Shown piece after piece: positions 43,497 through 53,170 of a stretch of DNA of 56,162 nucleotides (position 1 is the stretch's first letter; every line of letters starts with the position of its first letter). Both the position numbers and the translations under genes were made by a program. The notes beneath the pieces are model-generated. The model had not been told where the DNA came from. It ran no database searches and worked only from the letters and a program-made list of their open reading frames with translations. This DNA is from a virus. The stretch is taken from the IMG/VR virus record IMGVR_UViG_3300045988_083024; one strand, 5' to 3'.

Positions 43497-45488
43497 ATGC
43501 ACCATCTTTCTATCGACCTCGAAACATTCTCCAGCGTTCCTATCAACAAGGCTGGGGCGTGGCGATACATCGATTCCCCCGATTTTGAGATTCTGCTATT
43601 TGCATACTCCGTGGATGGCGGACAGGTGCAGTGCGTTGATATGGCCAGCGGGGAGCAGCCTCCCCCTTGGCTTATCAGCGCATTGTTTGACCCGGACTAT
43701 ATTAAACACGCATATAACGCGGCGTTTGAGTTCGGGTGTTTGTCTAAGGTCTACGGTCAGCAGATTCCCGCCCAATGGCGTGATACCATGCTGCATGGTC
43801 TGTACTGTGGTTATACCGCCGGTCTGGGCATCACAGGCGCGGCGTTAGGCTTGCCAGAGGACAAGCGCAAGCTGGCAACGGGCAAAGCCCTTATCCGTTA
43901 TTTCTGTGTGCCTTGCAAGCCCTCTAAGGCCAATGGCGGGCGCACCAGAAACTATTACTACCACGATCCTGATAAGTGGGCATTGTTCAAGGATTACAAC
44001 TTGCAGGACGTTGTAACGGAAATGGAGATTGAACGCCGCCTGTCTAATGTGCCCGTGCCTGACGCGGTGCAGAAACAGTGGGAAACTGATCTGCGCATCA
44101 ATCAGCGCGGCGTGGCCGTGGATATGCAGCTGGTTGAGGGCGCGTTGAACATTGCCCAGACCGTGCATGACCGCTTTGTTGCAGAGGCGCAGAGCATTTC
44201 GGGCTTGAACAATCCGAACAGCGTTGCGCAGCTGACCGCATGGCTCAACGAACAGGATGACAGCATCGGCGTGGACAATCTGCGCAAGGATACCGTGAAT
44301 ACCCTGTTATCCCGTGAGGGTAACAGCGCATCCGTGGCCCGTATGCTGGAAATCCGGCAGGAGCTGGGCAAGACATCCACGAAGAAGTATAACGCGCTGG
44401 AGATGTGTGTTTGCTCTGATGGGCGTGTCCGGGGCCTGTTGCAGTTCTACGGTGCGAACCGTACCGGGCGATGGGCTGGCCGTCTAGTTCAGGTGCAGAA
44501 TCTCCCCCGTACATATATCTCGCTACTCGATCCCGCACGAAATCTGGTCAAGCAGCGGTCAGCGGATGGTCTGGGCATGATTTTCGGGAGTGTTCCCGAT
44601 ACACTGTCGCAGCTGATTCGCACAGCGTTCATAGCTACACCGGGGAACGTGCTGATCGACGCAGACTTCTCTGCAATCGAGGCGCGTGTCATCTCTTGGC
44701 TGGCTGGTGAGGAATGGCGGCTTGACGTTTTTCGCACTCACGGCAAAATCTATGAGGCATCCGCATCTCAGATGTTCAATGTGCCTATTGAGCGTATCAA
44801 AAAGGGAAACCCGGAATATGCGCTCCGCGCAAAAGGTAAGGTGGCAGAACTGGCCCTCGGTTACAACGGCGGGCCGAATGCCCTTATCAACATGGGTGCT
44901 TTAAAAATGGGCCTGCATGAGGAAGAACTGCCCGATATTGTCACCCGCTGGCGGTCTGCAAACAAGAAGATTGCCCAGCTGTGGTACAAGATTGACGATG
45001 CTGTGATGCACGTTGTTTCTGCTGGTGGTGCAAGAACGGTCAACGGTGTTACTTTTGCCCGTGAATATGACCCGCTGCAAAACGTATCCCTGCTGACTAT
45101 TCAGCTCCCGTCCACTCGGAAACTGTACTACGTTAATCCGCAAGTGGGCGTGAACCGTTTCGGCTCTGCGTCCATCAACTACATGGGGCAGAACCAGATG
45201 ACGAAGAAATGGCAGCGGGTGGAAACCTATGGCGGAAAGCTGACGGAAAACATCGTGCAAGCCATTGCCCGTGATGCTCTGGCCCTTGCCATTGAACATC
45301 TGGAGGCGGCGGGCCTGCCCGTTATTTTCCACATCCACGATGAGTGCGTGATCGACTGCCCCGCATTCGGTACGCCGGATGAGATGCTGGATCATGTCAC
45401 CCATCTTATGACGCAGCCTATCCCGTGGGCGCAGGGCTTGCCCCTCAACGCCGATGGATGGGTAGGTACGTTCTTCAAAAAGGACTAA
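43497..45488 (+). CDS. Family A DNA polymerase with 3'-5' exonuclease domain
   Basis: Exo I SIDLETFS. Pol motif A DADFSAIEARV, motif B KGKVAELALGYNGG, motif C IHDECV. Confidence 0.9.
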   Translation: MHHLSIDLETFSSVPINKAGAWRYIDSPDFEILLFAYSVDGGQVQCVDMASGEQPPPWLISALFDPDYIKHAYNAAFEFGCLSKVYGQQIPAQWRDTMLHGLYCGYTAGLGITGAALGLPEDKRKLATGKALIRYFCVPCKPSKANGGRTRNYYYHDPDKWALFKDYNLQDVVTEMEIERRLSNVPVPDAVQKQWETDLRINQRGVAVDMQLVEGALNIAQTVHDRFVAEAQSISGLNNPNSVAQLTAWLNEQDDSIGVDNLRKDTVNTLLSREGNSASVARMLEIRQELGKTSTKKYNALEMCVCSDGRVRGLLQFYGANRTGRWAGRLVQVQNLPRTYISLLDPARNLVKQRSADGLGMIFGSVPDTLSQLIRTAFIATPGNVLIDADFSAIEARVISWLAGEEWRLDVFRTHGKIYEASASQMFNVPIERIKKGNPEYALRAKGKVAELALGYNGGPNALINMGALKMGLHEEELPDIVTRWRSANKKIAQLWYKIDDAVMHVVSAGGARTVNGVTFAREYDPLQNVSLLTIQLPSTRKLYYVNPQVGVNRFGSASINYMGQNQMTKKWQRVETYGGKLTENIVQAIARDALALAIEHLEAAGLPVIFHIHDECVIDCPAFGTPDEMLDHVTHLMTQPIPWAQGLPLNADGWVGTFFKKD

Positions 45489-45491
45489 CGC

Positions 45492-45869
45492 ATGGATATT
45501 TTTGAGGTAAGTATTCTCAAAATCTCCCGTGTGCAACACGGAAAGCGCGGTGTGTTCGTGGATGCCGTCACGAATACATACGGGGTAACGACCGCAGAAA
45601 CCCTGTATTTCTCTAACCGTATCTGGCCCCGGATTCAAGCGCAGATGATGTTCTTGGAATCGGAAAGGGACAGCGCGGATTACGGCAGCTATGTCGAGCA
45701 TCTGCCCGATGATGAGTATTACCGCCGCTTTGAGCATGACATCCGCAAATTTACGGATGAGGAGCTGGTGGCCGAGATAAACAGACGAGTAAATGAAACC
45801 TCTATGTTTTCTGCTGGTCACATTGAGTTTGAAACAAAAGCGGTCTACAAAAAGACAAGGAGGAAGTAA
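45492..45869 (+). CDS. Hypothetical protein
   Basis: 125-aa ORF. Confidence 0.45.
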   Translation: MDIFEVSILKISRVQHGKRGVFVDAVTNTYGVTTAETLYFSNRIWPRIQAQMMFLESERDSADYGSYVEHLPDDEYYRRFEHDIRKFTDEELVAEINRRVNETSMFSAGHIEFETKAVYKKTRRK

Positions 45870-45871
45870 CG

Positions 45872-46060
45872 ATGCCTAAATACGCAAAGGACTTTGACGG
45901 CTATAAGATCACGTTTTCCGGCGTGGCTTATATTTCTTCTGACTACGCGAACAGCGAGGAAGAAGCAAAAGAAGCATTCTTAGATGATGACCCCGCCGCC
46001 TATAAGGAGTTGAACGTGGATTCCGTTGAACCTGTCGATGAGCTGATTTTCGACCTGTAA
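45872..46060 (+). CDS. Hypothetical acidic small protein
   Basis: 62-aa ORF. Confidence 0.4.
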   Translation: MPKYAKDFDGYKITFSGVAYISSDYANSEEEAKEAFLDDDPAAYKELNVDSVEPVDELIFDL

Positions 46061-46073
46061 AACGGAGGATCGC

Positions 46074-47459
46074 ATGGAAAACTATCTCGACTTTGTACAG
46101 CACAAGTCTGAAAGGGCTGTGCATACGGACAGCATCACGGTATCCGTGGATGACCTGAATCCGAATCTGTACAGCTTTCAGCGGGATATTGTTCATTGGG
46201 CACTTGCCAAAGGCCGCGCCGCTATCTTTGCGGATTGCGGTCTGGGCAAGACCCTGATACAGCTGGAGTTTGCGCACCGTGCCTGCGAGGATCGCGGCGG
46301 GATGGCCCTGATTGTGGCCCCTCTTGCCGTTGCCCCGCAAACGCTCATGGAGGGCAAGCGGTTCGGCATCCCCGTTACGATCTGCGAGAATGCGGATCAG
46401 CTGCAACCCGGCATCAATATCACCAACTATGAGAAGCTGGACAAGTTCAAGGGGCAGCGGTTCTCCGCCGTGGTACTGGATGAATCATCCATCCTGAAAT
46501 CGTTTACAGGCAAGGTGCGAAACCAGATCATTGATATGTTCTGTGATACTCCGTTCCGGCTGGCGTGTACGGCTACACCTGCGCCGAACGACTTCATGGA
46601 GCTGGGCAATCATGCAGAGTTCCTTGGCATCATGTCCTACTCGGAGATGCTGTCCATGTTCTTTGTGCATGATGGCGGGCAGACCTCTAAATGGCGGCTG
46701 AAGGGCCATGCTGAGGACGTTTTCTGGCAGTGGTTGGGTAGCTGGGCTGTCGTGATGAACAGTCCCTCAGACCTTGGTTATAGCCTGTCTGGTTACGATC
46801 TGCCGCCGCTGAACATCCATGAGATCATCGTGGACGGTGACGAGCCTATCACTGAGAGCATGACCCTGACCCAGCGCAGACAGGCCCGCAAGGACACGCT
46901 GGAGGCCCGGTGCGCCGCTGCCGCCCAGCTGGTCAACGATGACCCGGCGGATCAGTGGCTTGTATGGTGCGACCTGAATGCAGAAAGCGATATGCTGCAC
47001 CAGTACATCCCGGATTCCGTAGAGGTCAAGGGCAGCGATTCCGGGCTGTTGAAGTCCAATCGCATGGTGGGCTTTTCGATGGGCTTTAACCGGGTAATGG
47101 TGACTAAGCCCAGCATCGCCGGATTCGGCATGAACTGGCAGCTGTGCCACAAGATGATCTTCACCGGGCTGTCCGACAGCTACGAGCAGTATTATCAAGC
47201 TGTACGCCGCTGCTGGCGTTTCGGGCAGCAGAACCCGGTGGATGTCTACATTATTATCAGTGCCAAAGAGGGCGCGGTAAAGGCGAATATCGAGCGCAAA
47301 CAAGCTGACTGCGATAAGATGCGCACCGCGATGGGCGAACAGACCCGCGAGATCGTCAAAAAGGAGCTGCAAAGCACTTGCCGCCTGACTACGCCCTACG
47401 AACCGCAGACAGCTATGCAGCTGCCCGCATGGGAGGAATTTAACCATGAATGTGCTTAA
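46074..47459 (+). CDS. SNF2/DEAD-like helicase (methyltransferase-associated)
   Basis: Motif I DCGLGKT, motif II VLDESS, motif VI QAVRRCWRFGQ. Confidence 0.7.
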   Translation: MENYLDFVQHKSERAVHTDSITVSVDDLNPNLYSFQRDIVHWALAKGRAAIFADCGLGKTLIQLEFAHRACEDRGGMALIVAPLAVAPQTLMEGKRFGIPVTICENADQLQPGINITNYEKLDKFKGQRFSAVVLDESSILKSFTGKVRNQIIDMFCDTPFRLACTATPAPNDFMELGNHAEFLGIMSYSEMLSMFFVHDGGQTSKWRLKGHAEDVFWQWLGSWAVVMNSPSDLGYSLSGYDLPPLNIHEIIVDGDEPITESMTLTQRRQARKDTLEARCAAAAQLVNDDPADQWLVWCDLNAESDMLHQYIPDSVEVKGSDSGLLKSNRMVGFSMGFNRVMVTKPSIAGFGMNWQLCHKMIFTGLSDSYEQYYQAVRRCWRFGQQNPVDVYIIISAKEGAVKANIERKQADCDKMRTAMGEQTREIVKKELQSTCRLTTPYEPQTAMQLPAWEEFNHECA

Positions 47460-48423
47460 CCAGCTTATCGACAAGCAGCAGCGGTGGGCACTGTATCAGG
47501 GAGATTGCGTGGAAACCCTGCGCGGCATCCCGGATAACAGCATCCACTACTCCATCTTTTCGCCGCCTTTTGCCAGCCTGTACACCTACTCCAACTCTGA
47601 CCGGGATATGGGTAACAGCAGCGATGGCGGCGAGTTCCAGCAGCATTTCGGCTATCTGATCGCGGAACTGTACCGCGTTATCATGCCGGGGCGACTGGTA
47701 TCCATCCACTGCATGAATCTGCCTGCCATGAAATCCCGTGATGGCTTTATCGGCATCAAGGATTTTCGCGGTGACATCATCCGGGAGATGACCGAGTACG
47801 GATTCATCTTCCATTCGGAGGTGTGCATCTGGAAAAACCCAGTCACCGAGATGCAGCGCACGAAAGCACTGGGGCTGCTACACAAGCAGATTCGCAAAGA
47901 TTCTTCGATGTCGCGGCAGGGTCTGCCGGATTATGTGGTGACGTTCCGCAAGCCCGGCGAGAATCCCGAACCGATTCCGCATGACCATGAATCATTCCCG
48001 GTGGACGTGTGGCAGAAATACGCATCCCCGGTCTGGATGGATGTGCGGCAGTCCAACACCTTGCAGCGCAAGAGTGCCCGCGATGAAAAGGACGAAAAGC
48101 ACATCTGCCCGTTGCAGCTGGATGTGATCGAGCGTTGCATCGACCTGTGGACGAATCCCGGCGACATCGTGCTTGACCCGTTCGCGGGCATCGGCTCTGT
48201 ACCGTATCAGGCCGTTTTGATGGGGCGGCGCGGTCTGGGCATCGAATTGAAAGACAGCTACTTTGCGCAGGCCACGAAGAATCTGGAAAGCGCAGAGAGT
48301 ACCGCAGATACCGAGGGCGTGGATACCCGTGTGAGGCTTCGTTGCCCGAACTGTGGCGTGAAAGTCACTGACGGCAAAATTTGCCCCATCTGTGGCGTTG
48401 ACCTGATGGCTAAGGAGGAATAA
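47446..48423 (+). CDS. N6-adenine/N4-cytosine DNA methyltransferase (beta class) with a C-terminal zinc ribbon
   Basis: SPPF (motif IV) precedes DPFAGIGS (motif I). Ends in CPNCGVKVTDGKICPICG. Confidence 0.75.
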   Translation: MNVLNQLIDKQQRWALYQGDCVETLRGIPDNSIHYSIFSPPFASLYTYSNSDRDMGNSSDGGEFQQHFGYLIAELYRVIMPGRLVSIHCMNLPAMKSRDGFIGIKDFRGDIIREMTEYGFIFHSEVCIWKNPVTEMQRTKALGLLHKQIRKDSSMSRQGLPDYVVTFRKPGENPEPIPHDHESFPVDVWQKYASPVWMDVRQSNTLQRKSARDEKDEKHICPLQLDVIERCIDLWTNPGDIVLDPFAGIGSVPYQAVLMGRRGLGIELKDSYFAQATKNLESAESTADTEGVDTRVRLRCPNCGVKVTDGKICPICGVDLMAKEE

Positions 48424-48425
48424 TT

Positions 48426-48575
48426 ATGGCTCTGTTTTGCTTTATCTTTTATACCCTCGTTACCGTTCTGTTCCTGATTCTGTGCATCGGTGAGCGTAAG
48501 GCAGATGCAAAGGTGGTATACGCCGCCATTGCCGTAGCCGCTGCCGCTGCCCAGATTTCTATTGGCATCCGTTAA
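48426..48575 (+). CDS. Small hydrophobic protein (49 aa)
   Basis: MALFCFIFYTLVTVLFLILCIG... RBS AAGGAGG 8 nt upstream. Not in the ORF track. Confidence 0.4.
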   Translation: MALFCFIFYTLVTVLFLILCIGERKADAKVVYAAIAVAAAAAQISIGIR

Positions 48576-48587
48576 GGAGGGGCTACC

Positions 48588-48941
48588 ATGCTGGAATTTG
48601 AAAAGGACATCTGGCGCAGTCAGAATGACACGCCACCCATTGCCACCAAGATCGGAACTCCTGCGCTGCTTGAACAGCTGGGCGAGGAATGTGCGGAACT
48701 GGGAAAAGCCGCTTTGAAAGAGGCCCGGCGGCTGCGCGGGGAGAACCCTACACCCGTTACAGAGGCAGAGGCCCGCGCAAATTTGGCGGAAGAAGCGGCG
48801 GATGTTCTGAATTGCCTCGTTGAGCTTTCCCGCATCTATTTCGATGTTGACCAGTACGGCGCTATCCGTGAGCGTAAAGTCAAACGCTGGCATGAGCGTC
48901 TGACGGATTTCTTCAAAAAGAAAGAAGGCAAGAACAAATGA
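48588..48941 (+). CDS. mazG: MazG-like nucleotide pyrophosphohydrolase
   Basis: LLEQLGEECAELGKA...LAEEAADVLNCLVEL (paired EExxE/EExxD helices). Confidence 0.7.
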   Translation: MLEFEKDIWRSQNDTPPIATKIGTPALLEQLGEECAELGKAALKEARRLRGENPTPVTEAEARANLAEEAADVLNCLVELSRIYFDVDQYGAIRERKVKRWHERLTDFFKKKEGKNK

Positions 48942-49375
48942 ACCAGATTATCAGTTTCGATAAAGAGTACGCTTTCCTGAGCAACTTTTACCCCTGCACG
49001 GTGAACGCCTATAAGAACGCAGAGGCCGCATATCAGGCTCAGAAGTGCGAGAACCCCGCAGACCGAGAGCAGTTCACCGCGCTGGATGCTGGCCCCGCCA
49101 AGCGGCGGGGGCGCATGGTCAAGGTGCGTCCGGGCTGGGATGAGATGCGCGTGGACGTGATGCGGGATGTCGTTCACTCCAAGTTTAGCAGCCACCCGGA
49201 GCTGGCGTTGCAGCTGATCGCTACGGGTGACGCAGAGCTGATTGAGGGCAACTACTGGCATGATAACTTTTTCGGTGATTGTATCTGCCCTGTGTGCGCC
49301 AAGACCCCCGGCCAGAACTGGCTGGGCAAAATCCTGATGGATGAGCGCGAGGCCCTGAAAAACGCCAAAACCTAA
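48938..49375 (+). CDS. NADAR (YbiA/DUF1768) family protein
   Basis: YAFLSNFYPC...NAEAAYQAQK...W..MRVDVMRDVVHSKFSSHPELALQLIATGDAELIEGNYWHDNFFG. Confidence 0.7.
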   Translation: MNQIISFDKEYAFLSNFYPCTVNAYKNAEAAYQAQKCENPADREQFTALDAGPAKRRGRMVKVRPGWDEMRVDVMRDVVHSKFSSHPELALQLIATGDAELIEGNYWHDNFFGDCICPVCAKTPGQNWLGKILMDEREALKNAKT

Positions 49376-49396
49376 GCAACAAGGGAGGATTTACCC

Positions 49397-49786
49397 ATGA
49401 AAGCGCATTATGATGGGCTGACGTGTCAGCAGAAAAAGATCATCACGGATGTCGCGGTCAGGACAGCTACACGACTGGCGGATCAACAGAAAGAGGCCAT
49501 CGCCATTCGTTCCCAGTATCTTGTATTTGTTGCGATGCTGGAATGCGGGCTGTCGCCTAAGACCGTGAACCGTGTCGCCGCGATGCTCAGTCTGGTAAAG
49601 GACAAGTACGCCCATTATCAAGAGGACGATCTGGCGGAATATGTGTTTTACCAGCACTTGCAGGATCACGGTGTACACGTCAAAAAGACCGCAGAAGTCG
49701 ATTTTTCCCCGTTGCAGCCCAGCAAAGGCAAAGGTTCCAGTGCCCCGAAAGCCCCTAAAAAGCGAACGGAGGAACAGAAGAAATGA
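49397..49786 (+). CDS. Hypothetical protein
   Basis: 129-aa ORF with RBS GGGAGG. Confidence 0.45.
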   Translation: MKAHYDGLTCQQKKIITDVAVRTATRLADQQKEAIAIRSQYLVFVAMLECGLSPKTVNRVAAMLSLVKDKYAHYQEDDLAEYVFYQHLQDHGVHVKKTAEVDFSPLQPSKGKGSSAPKAPKKRTEEQKK

Positions 49787-49995
49787 ACCCCAAGAACCCT
49801 TTATCCAATGCGTCCGGGTATCCCGATCCCACGGCCTACTACGGTATGCAGCCTGTCGTGCAGCAGGAGGCCAAGCAGATGCAGACCATCTCCAGCTTGA
49901 TCCACTGCATCAAAACCATGACCGATTTCGCCGGATTCGAGGTAGTGGGTCGGATTGCCCTGCGTGATAAGGCTACGGGCAAAATCTTCAAATAA
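49783..49995 (+). CDS. Hypothetical small protein
   Basis: 70 aa. ATGA-coupled to the upstream ORF. Precedes the primase gene. Confidence 0.45.
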   Translation: MNPKNPLSNASGYPDPTAYYGMQPVVQQEAKQMQTISSLIHCIKTMTDFAGFEVVGRIALRDKATGKIFK

Positions 49996-50034
49996 GCCGT
50001 TACCCGCCTACTGGCGGGAGGGCTGAGGTGCAAT

Positions 50035-52506
50035 ATGGATAGACAAATCACAATCTCTGTCGGCGCAAGTCGGCGGGATACCCAATGGAAACAGCAACTC
50101 CTGAGCGTGTCGGAACTATACCAGCGGTTACAGCAGCCGATGCGCACAAATGAATCATTCGCGGCCTATTGCGCCATGTCCAAGGCTCAACAGTCTGACC
50201 TGAAAGATGTGGGCGGCTTTGTCGGTGGTGCGCTCATCGGTGGGCGGCGCAAGGCCAGCGCGGTGCAGTTTAGGGATGTCGTTACGCTGGATTTCGATAA
50301 CATCCCCGGATGGAAAACGGATGACATCATCGCGGCGTGTGACAAGATGATGGTCAGCTACTGTGTATACAGTACCCGCAAGCACTGTGCAAACAAGCCC
50401 CGGCTGCGCGTGGTGATCCCTCTGGATCGCAGTGTCAGCCCCGATGAGTACGAGCCTATCGCACGGCGGCTGGCAAGCTATATCGGCATCCAGTACGCAG
50501 ACCCGACTACTTTCCAGCCGGAACGCCTGATGTACTGGCCCAGTTGCAGCGCGGATGCTGAGTATGTGTATCATACTGGACTGGCTACCAGCCCGCTGGC
50601 ATCGGCGGATATGGTGCTGGGTACATACGCGGACTGGAAAGCGATTTCCAGCTGGCCGCAAGTACCGGGCGCGGCTCCCAATCTGCAAGTGCTGGCAACG
50701 AAACAGGGCGATCCCGAAAGCAAAAAGGGCATCGTGGGCGCATTCTGCCGGACGTATGACATTTACAGTGCCATGTCCACGTTTCTGCCGGGCATCTATG
50801 ATCCGGTGGACGGTGACGGAGTGCGGTTCACCTACACGGGAGGCAGCACTGCGGGCGGCGCGGTGGTCTACGACAATGGCAAGTTCCTGTACAGCCATCA
50901 CGCAACTGACCCGTGCAGCAGCAAGCTGGTGAACGCATTCGATCTGGTACGCTTGCACAAGTTCGGCGATCAGGACGATAACGCCGCCGAGGATACCCCG
51001 GTGAACCGTCTGCCCTCTTATACCGCGATGACCCAGCTGGCCCACGCGGATAAGGCAGTGGCGGACAGGCTGGCCGTTGAAGCCTATGACGCGGCTGCAA
51101 AGGACTTTGTGACCGTGCAGCCCCCGGAGGGTATTGTTGTCAATCTCCCGGCGCAGGGCACGTTAGGCCCCGCGCAGCCCACGGATGCAGAGCTGGAAGC
51201 AGCGGATAAGACGTGGCTCACGAAACTGGCCCGCAAGGATTCCGGCATGGTCAAGTCTACCATCGACAATGCGCTTATCATTCTGGAGAATGACATCCGA
51301 TTCAAAGGCCGCTTTGCCCTGAACAGCTTTTCCGGGCGCGGTGAGGTGCTGGCGGCTCTGCCGTGGAACGCTGACCGCAAGCGGCGGATGTGGAGCGATA
51401 CGGATTCCAATGGTATGTACTGGACGCTGGAAAAGCTCTACCAGATCACGGGACGCGCCGCCATTGATGCCGCGCTTGACATCCACGCCGCTACCCACGC
51501 ATTCAACGAGGTTCAGCAGTATCTTGACCCGCTGGAATGGGATGGAGTGCCCCGGCTGGATACGCTGCTGGTGGATTATCTGGGCGCAGAGGATAGCCCG
51601 TATACCGCCGCTGTCACCCGCAAGATGTTCACGGCAGCGGTGGCCCGGTGCTATGAGCCGGGAACCAAGTTCGACAATATGCTCATCCTGTGCGGGGCGC
51701 AGGGTCTGGGCAAGTCCACGCTGCTTGATAAGATGTCGCATGGCTGGTTCAATGACAGCATCCGCACCTTTGAGGGCAAGGATGCCTCTGAACTGCTGCC
51801 GGGTGTCTGGCTGGTGGAAGTGGCCGAACTGGATGCGTTCCGCCTGTCGGACGTTTCCCGCGTCAAACAGTTCCTCAGCCTGCGGGCTGACCGCTACCGC
51901 GCCGCGTATGGCCGGAACGTGCAGGAGCTGCCCCGGCGATGCGTGTTTTTCGGAACGTGCAACGAAACTACCTTTCTCCGGGATACCACAGGAAACCGCC
52001 GTTTCTGGCCTGTCAACGTGGGATGCCACGATACCGAGAAAAAGGTATGGTCTGACCTCACGGATGATGTGATTGCACAGGTCTGGGCAGAAGCTAAGAT
52101 GCGCTGGAAGTGCGGCGAAAGCCTGTATCTGTCCGGCGAGATTGAGTTTACAGCCCGTGCCGTGCAGGAGGCACACCGTGAAACCTCTCCGAAAGAGGGC
52201 CTGATCCGGGATTTCCTTGCAAAAGAAGTGCCGGATGACTGGGCAAAACGCGATCTCTCCCGGCGTAGAGATTTCTGGGCTGGCGGTGACAGGGGAAGCT
52301 ACACGATGATTAAGCGCGACAGAATCTGTGCGCTGGAGATTTGGTGCGAGCTGTTCAACGGCGCGGCGAAAGACTGTAAACCGGGGGATGTTCGGGAGAT
52401 CAACGCGGTGTTGAACACTCTCCCGGAATGGCGGCGGAGTGAAAAAGTTCTCTGGTGTGGCCCCTACGGTACACAGCGCGGATTCGTTGAAGTGAAGCCC
52501 GAATAA
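50035..52506 (+). CDS. Primase-helicase (N-terminal primase-polymerase-like region plus VirE/P-loop domain)
   Basis: Walker A CGAQGLGKST, VFFGTCNETTFLRDTTGNRRFWPV (VirE signature), N-terminal VTLDFDN. Confidence 0.8.
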   Translation: MDRQITISVGASRRDTQWKQQLLSVSELYQRLQQPMRTNESFAAYCAMSKAQQSDLKDVGGFVGGALIGGRRKASAVQFRDVVTLDFDNIPGWKTDDIIAACDKMMVSYCVYSTRKHCANKPRLRVVIPLDRSVSPDEYEPIARRLASYIGIQYADPTTFQPERLMYWPSCSADAEYVYHTGLATSPLASADMVLGTYADWKAISSWPQVPGAAPNLQVLATKQGDPESKKGIVGAFCRTYDIYSAMSTFLPGIYDPVDGDGVRFTYTGGSTAGGAVVYDNGKFLYSHHATDPCSSKLVNAFDLVRLHKFGDQDDNAAEDTPVNRLPSYTAMTQLAHADKAVADRLAVEAYDAAAKDFVTVQPPEGIVVNLPAQGTLGPAQPTDAELEAADKTWLTKLARKDSGMVKSTIDNALIILENDIRFKGRFALNSFSGRGEVLAALPWNADRKRRMWSDTDSNGMYWTLEKLYQITGRAAIDAALDIHAATHAFNEVQQYLDPLEWDGVPRLDTLLVDYLGAEDSPYTAAVTRKMFTAAVARCYEPGTKFDNMLILCGAQGLGKSTLLDKMSHGWFNDSIRTFEGKDASELLPGVWLVEVAELDAFRLSDVSRVKQFLSLRADRYRAAYGRNVQELPRRCVFFGTCNETTFLRDTTGNRRFWPVNVGCHDTEKKVWSDLTDDVIAQVWAEAKMRWKCGESLYLSGEIEFTARAVQEAHRETSPKEGLIRDFLAKEVPDDWAKRDLSRRRDFWAGGDRGSYTMIKRDRICALEIWCELFNGAAKDCKPGDVREINAVLNTLPEWRRSEKVLWCGPYGTQRGFVEVKPE

Positions 52507-52783
52507 GAGCAGAAATTTTATCTAACAAAAAACCTAACATCTGCCTAACATTCTAACAAAACCGTTAGGGCGTGTTCTAACACCTAACAAAAATGTTAGA
52601 TGCAGATGTTAGCCATTTTTTGCTGTTTCATCGTCAAAATCTAAGTTTCTAACATTCTAACATATTCCGTTAAACTTTAGAAAAAATAGGCAATTAGGGA
52701 AAATCGTTAATACCTAATACGCCTAATTCTATATGTCTATACACGCGCACGCGCGAGTGTTAGGACGTTTGGCCGGAATACAG
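52507..52783. repeat. Iteron-like block B: 12 copies of YCTAACR (both orientations) around an AT-rich core; candidate replication origin
   Basis: Copies at 52521, 52533, 52544, 52552, 52563(inv), 52576, 52583, 52594(inv), 52607(inv), 52648, 52656, 52758(inv). The tail is paralogous to 24959-25030. Confidence 0.7.
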
Positions 52784-53170
52784 ATGGGAGGCCAAGAAGT
52801 GCAGAACCAAAAAGCAAAGGGCGGCGTGGTCAAGCTGGAAAGCTCTATCGAGCGGCAGTTAAAGCGGACTGTCGAGGAGCTGGAGGACAGGATCATGTGC
52901 CTAAAGTTTGAAAGCCCCGGCATGAGCGGTGTACCAGATCGGGTCATCCTGTTACCCGGCGGGCATACCGTGTTCGTGGAACTCAAGCAGCCGGGCAAGC
53001 GTGAGCGGGCAAGACAGGAGTATGTGCAGCAGAAAATCCGGGATGCCGGGTTTACTGTGTTCTCTGGAGTGGACAGCCCGGAGAAGATCAGACAGGCGGC
53101 AGACTATTGCCGCTACCTCATGGATCAGGATTTCTTCAAGATGACGGAGGACAGCCCCGATGACGTGTAA
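52784..53170 (+). CDS. VRR-NUC domain nuclease (the start could be GTG 52799)
   Basis: ESSIERQLKR...GVPDRVILLPGGHTVFVELKQPGKRERARQ. Confidence 0.7.
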   Translation: MGGQEVQNQKAKGGVVKLESSIERQLKRTVEELEDRIMCLKFESPGMSGVPDRVILLPGGHTVFVELKQPGKRERARQEYVQQKIRDAGFTVFSGVDSPEKIRQAADYCRYLMDQDFFKMTEDSPDDV

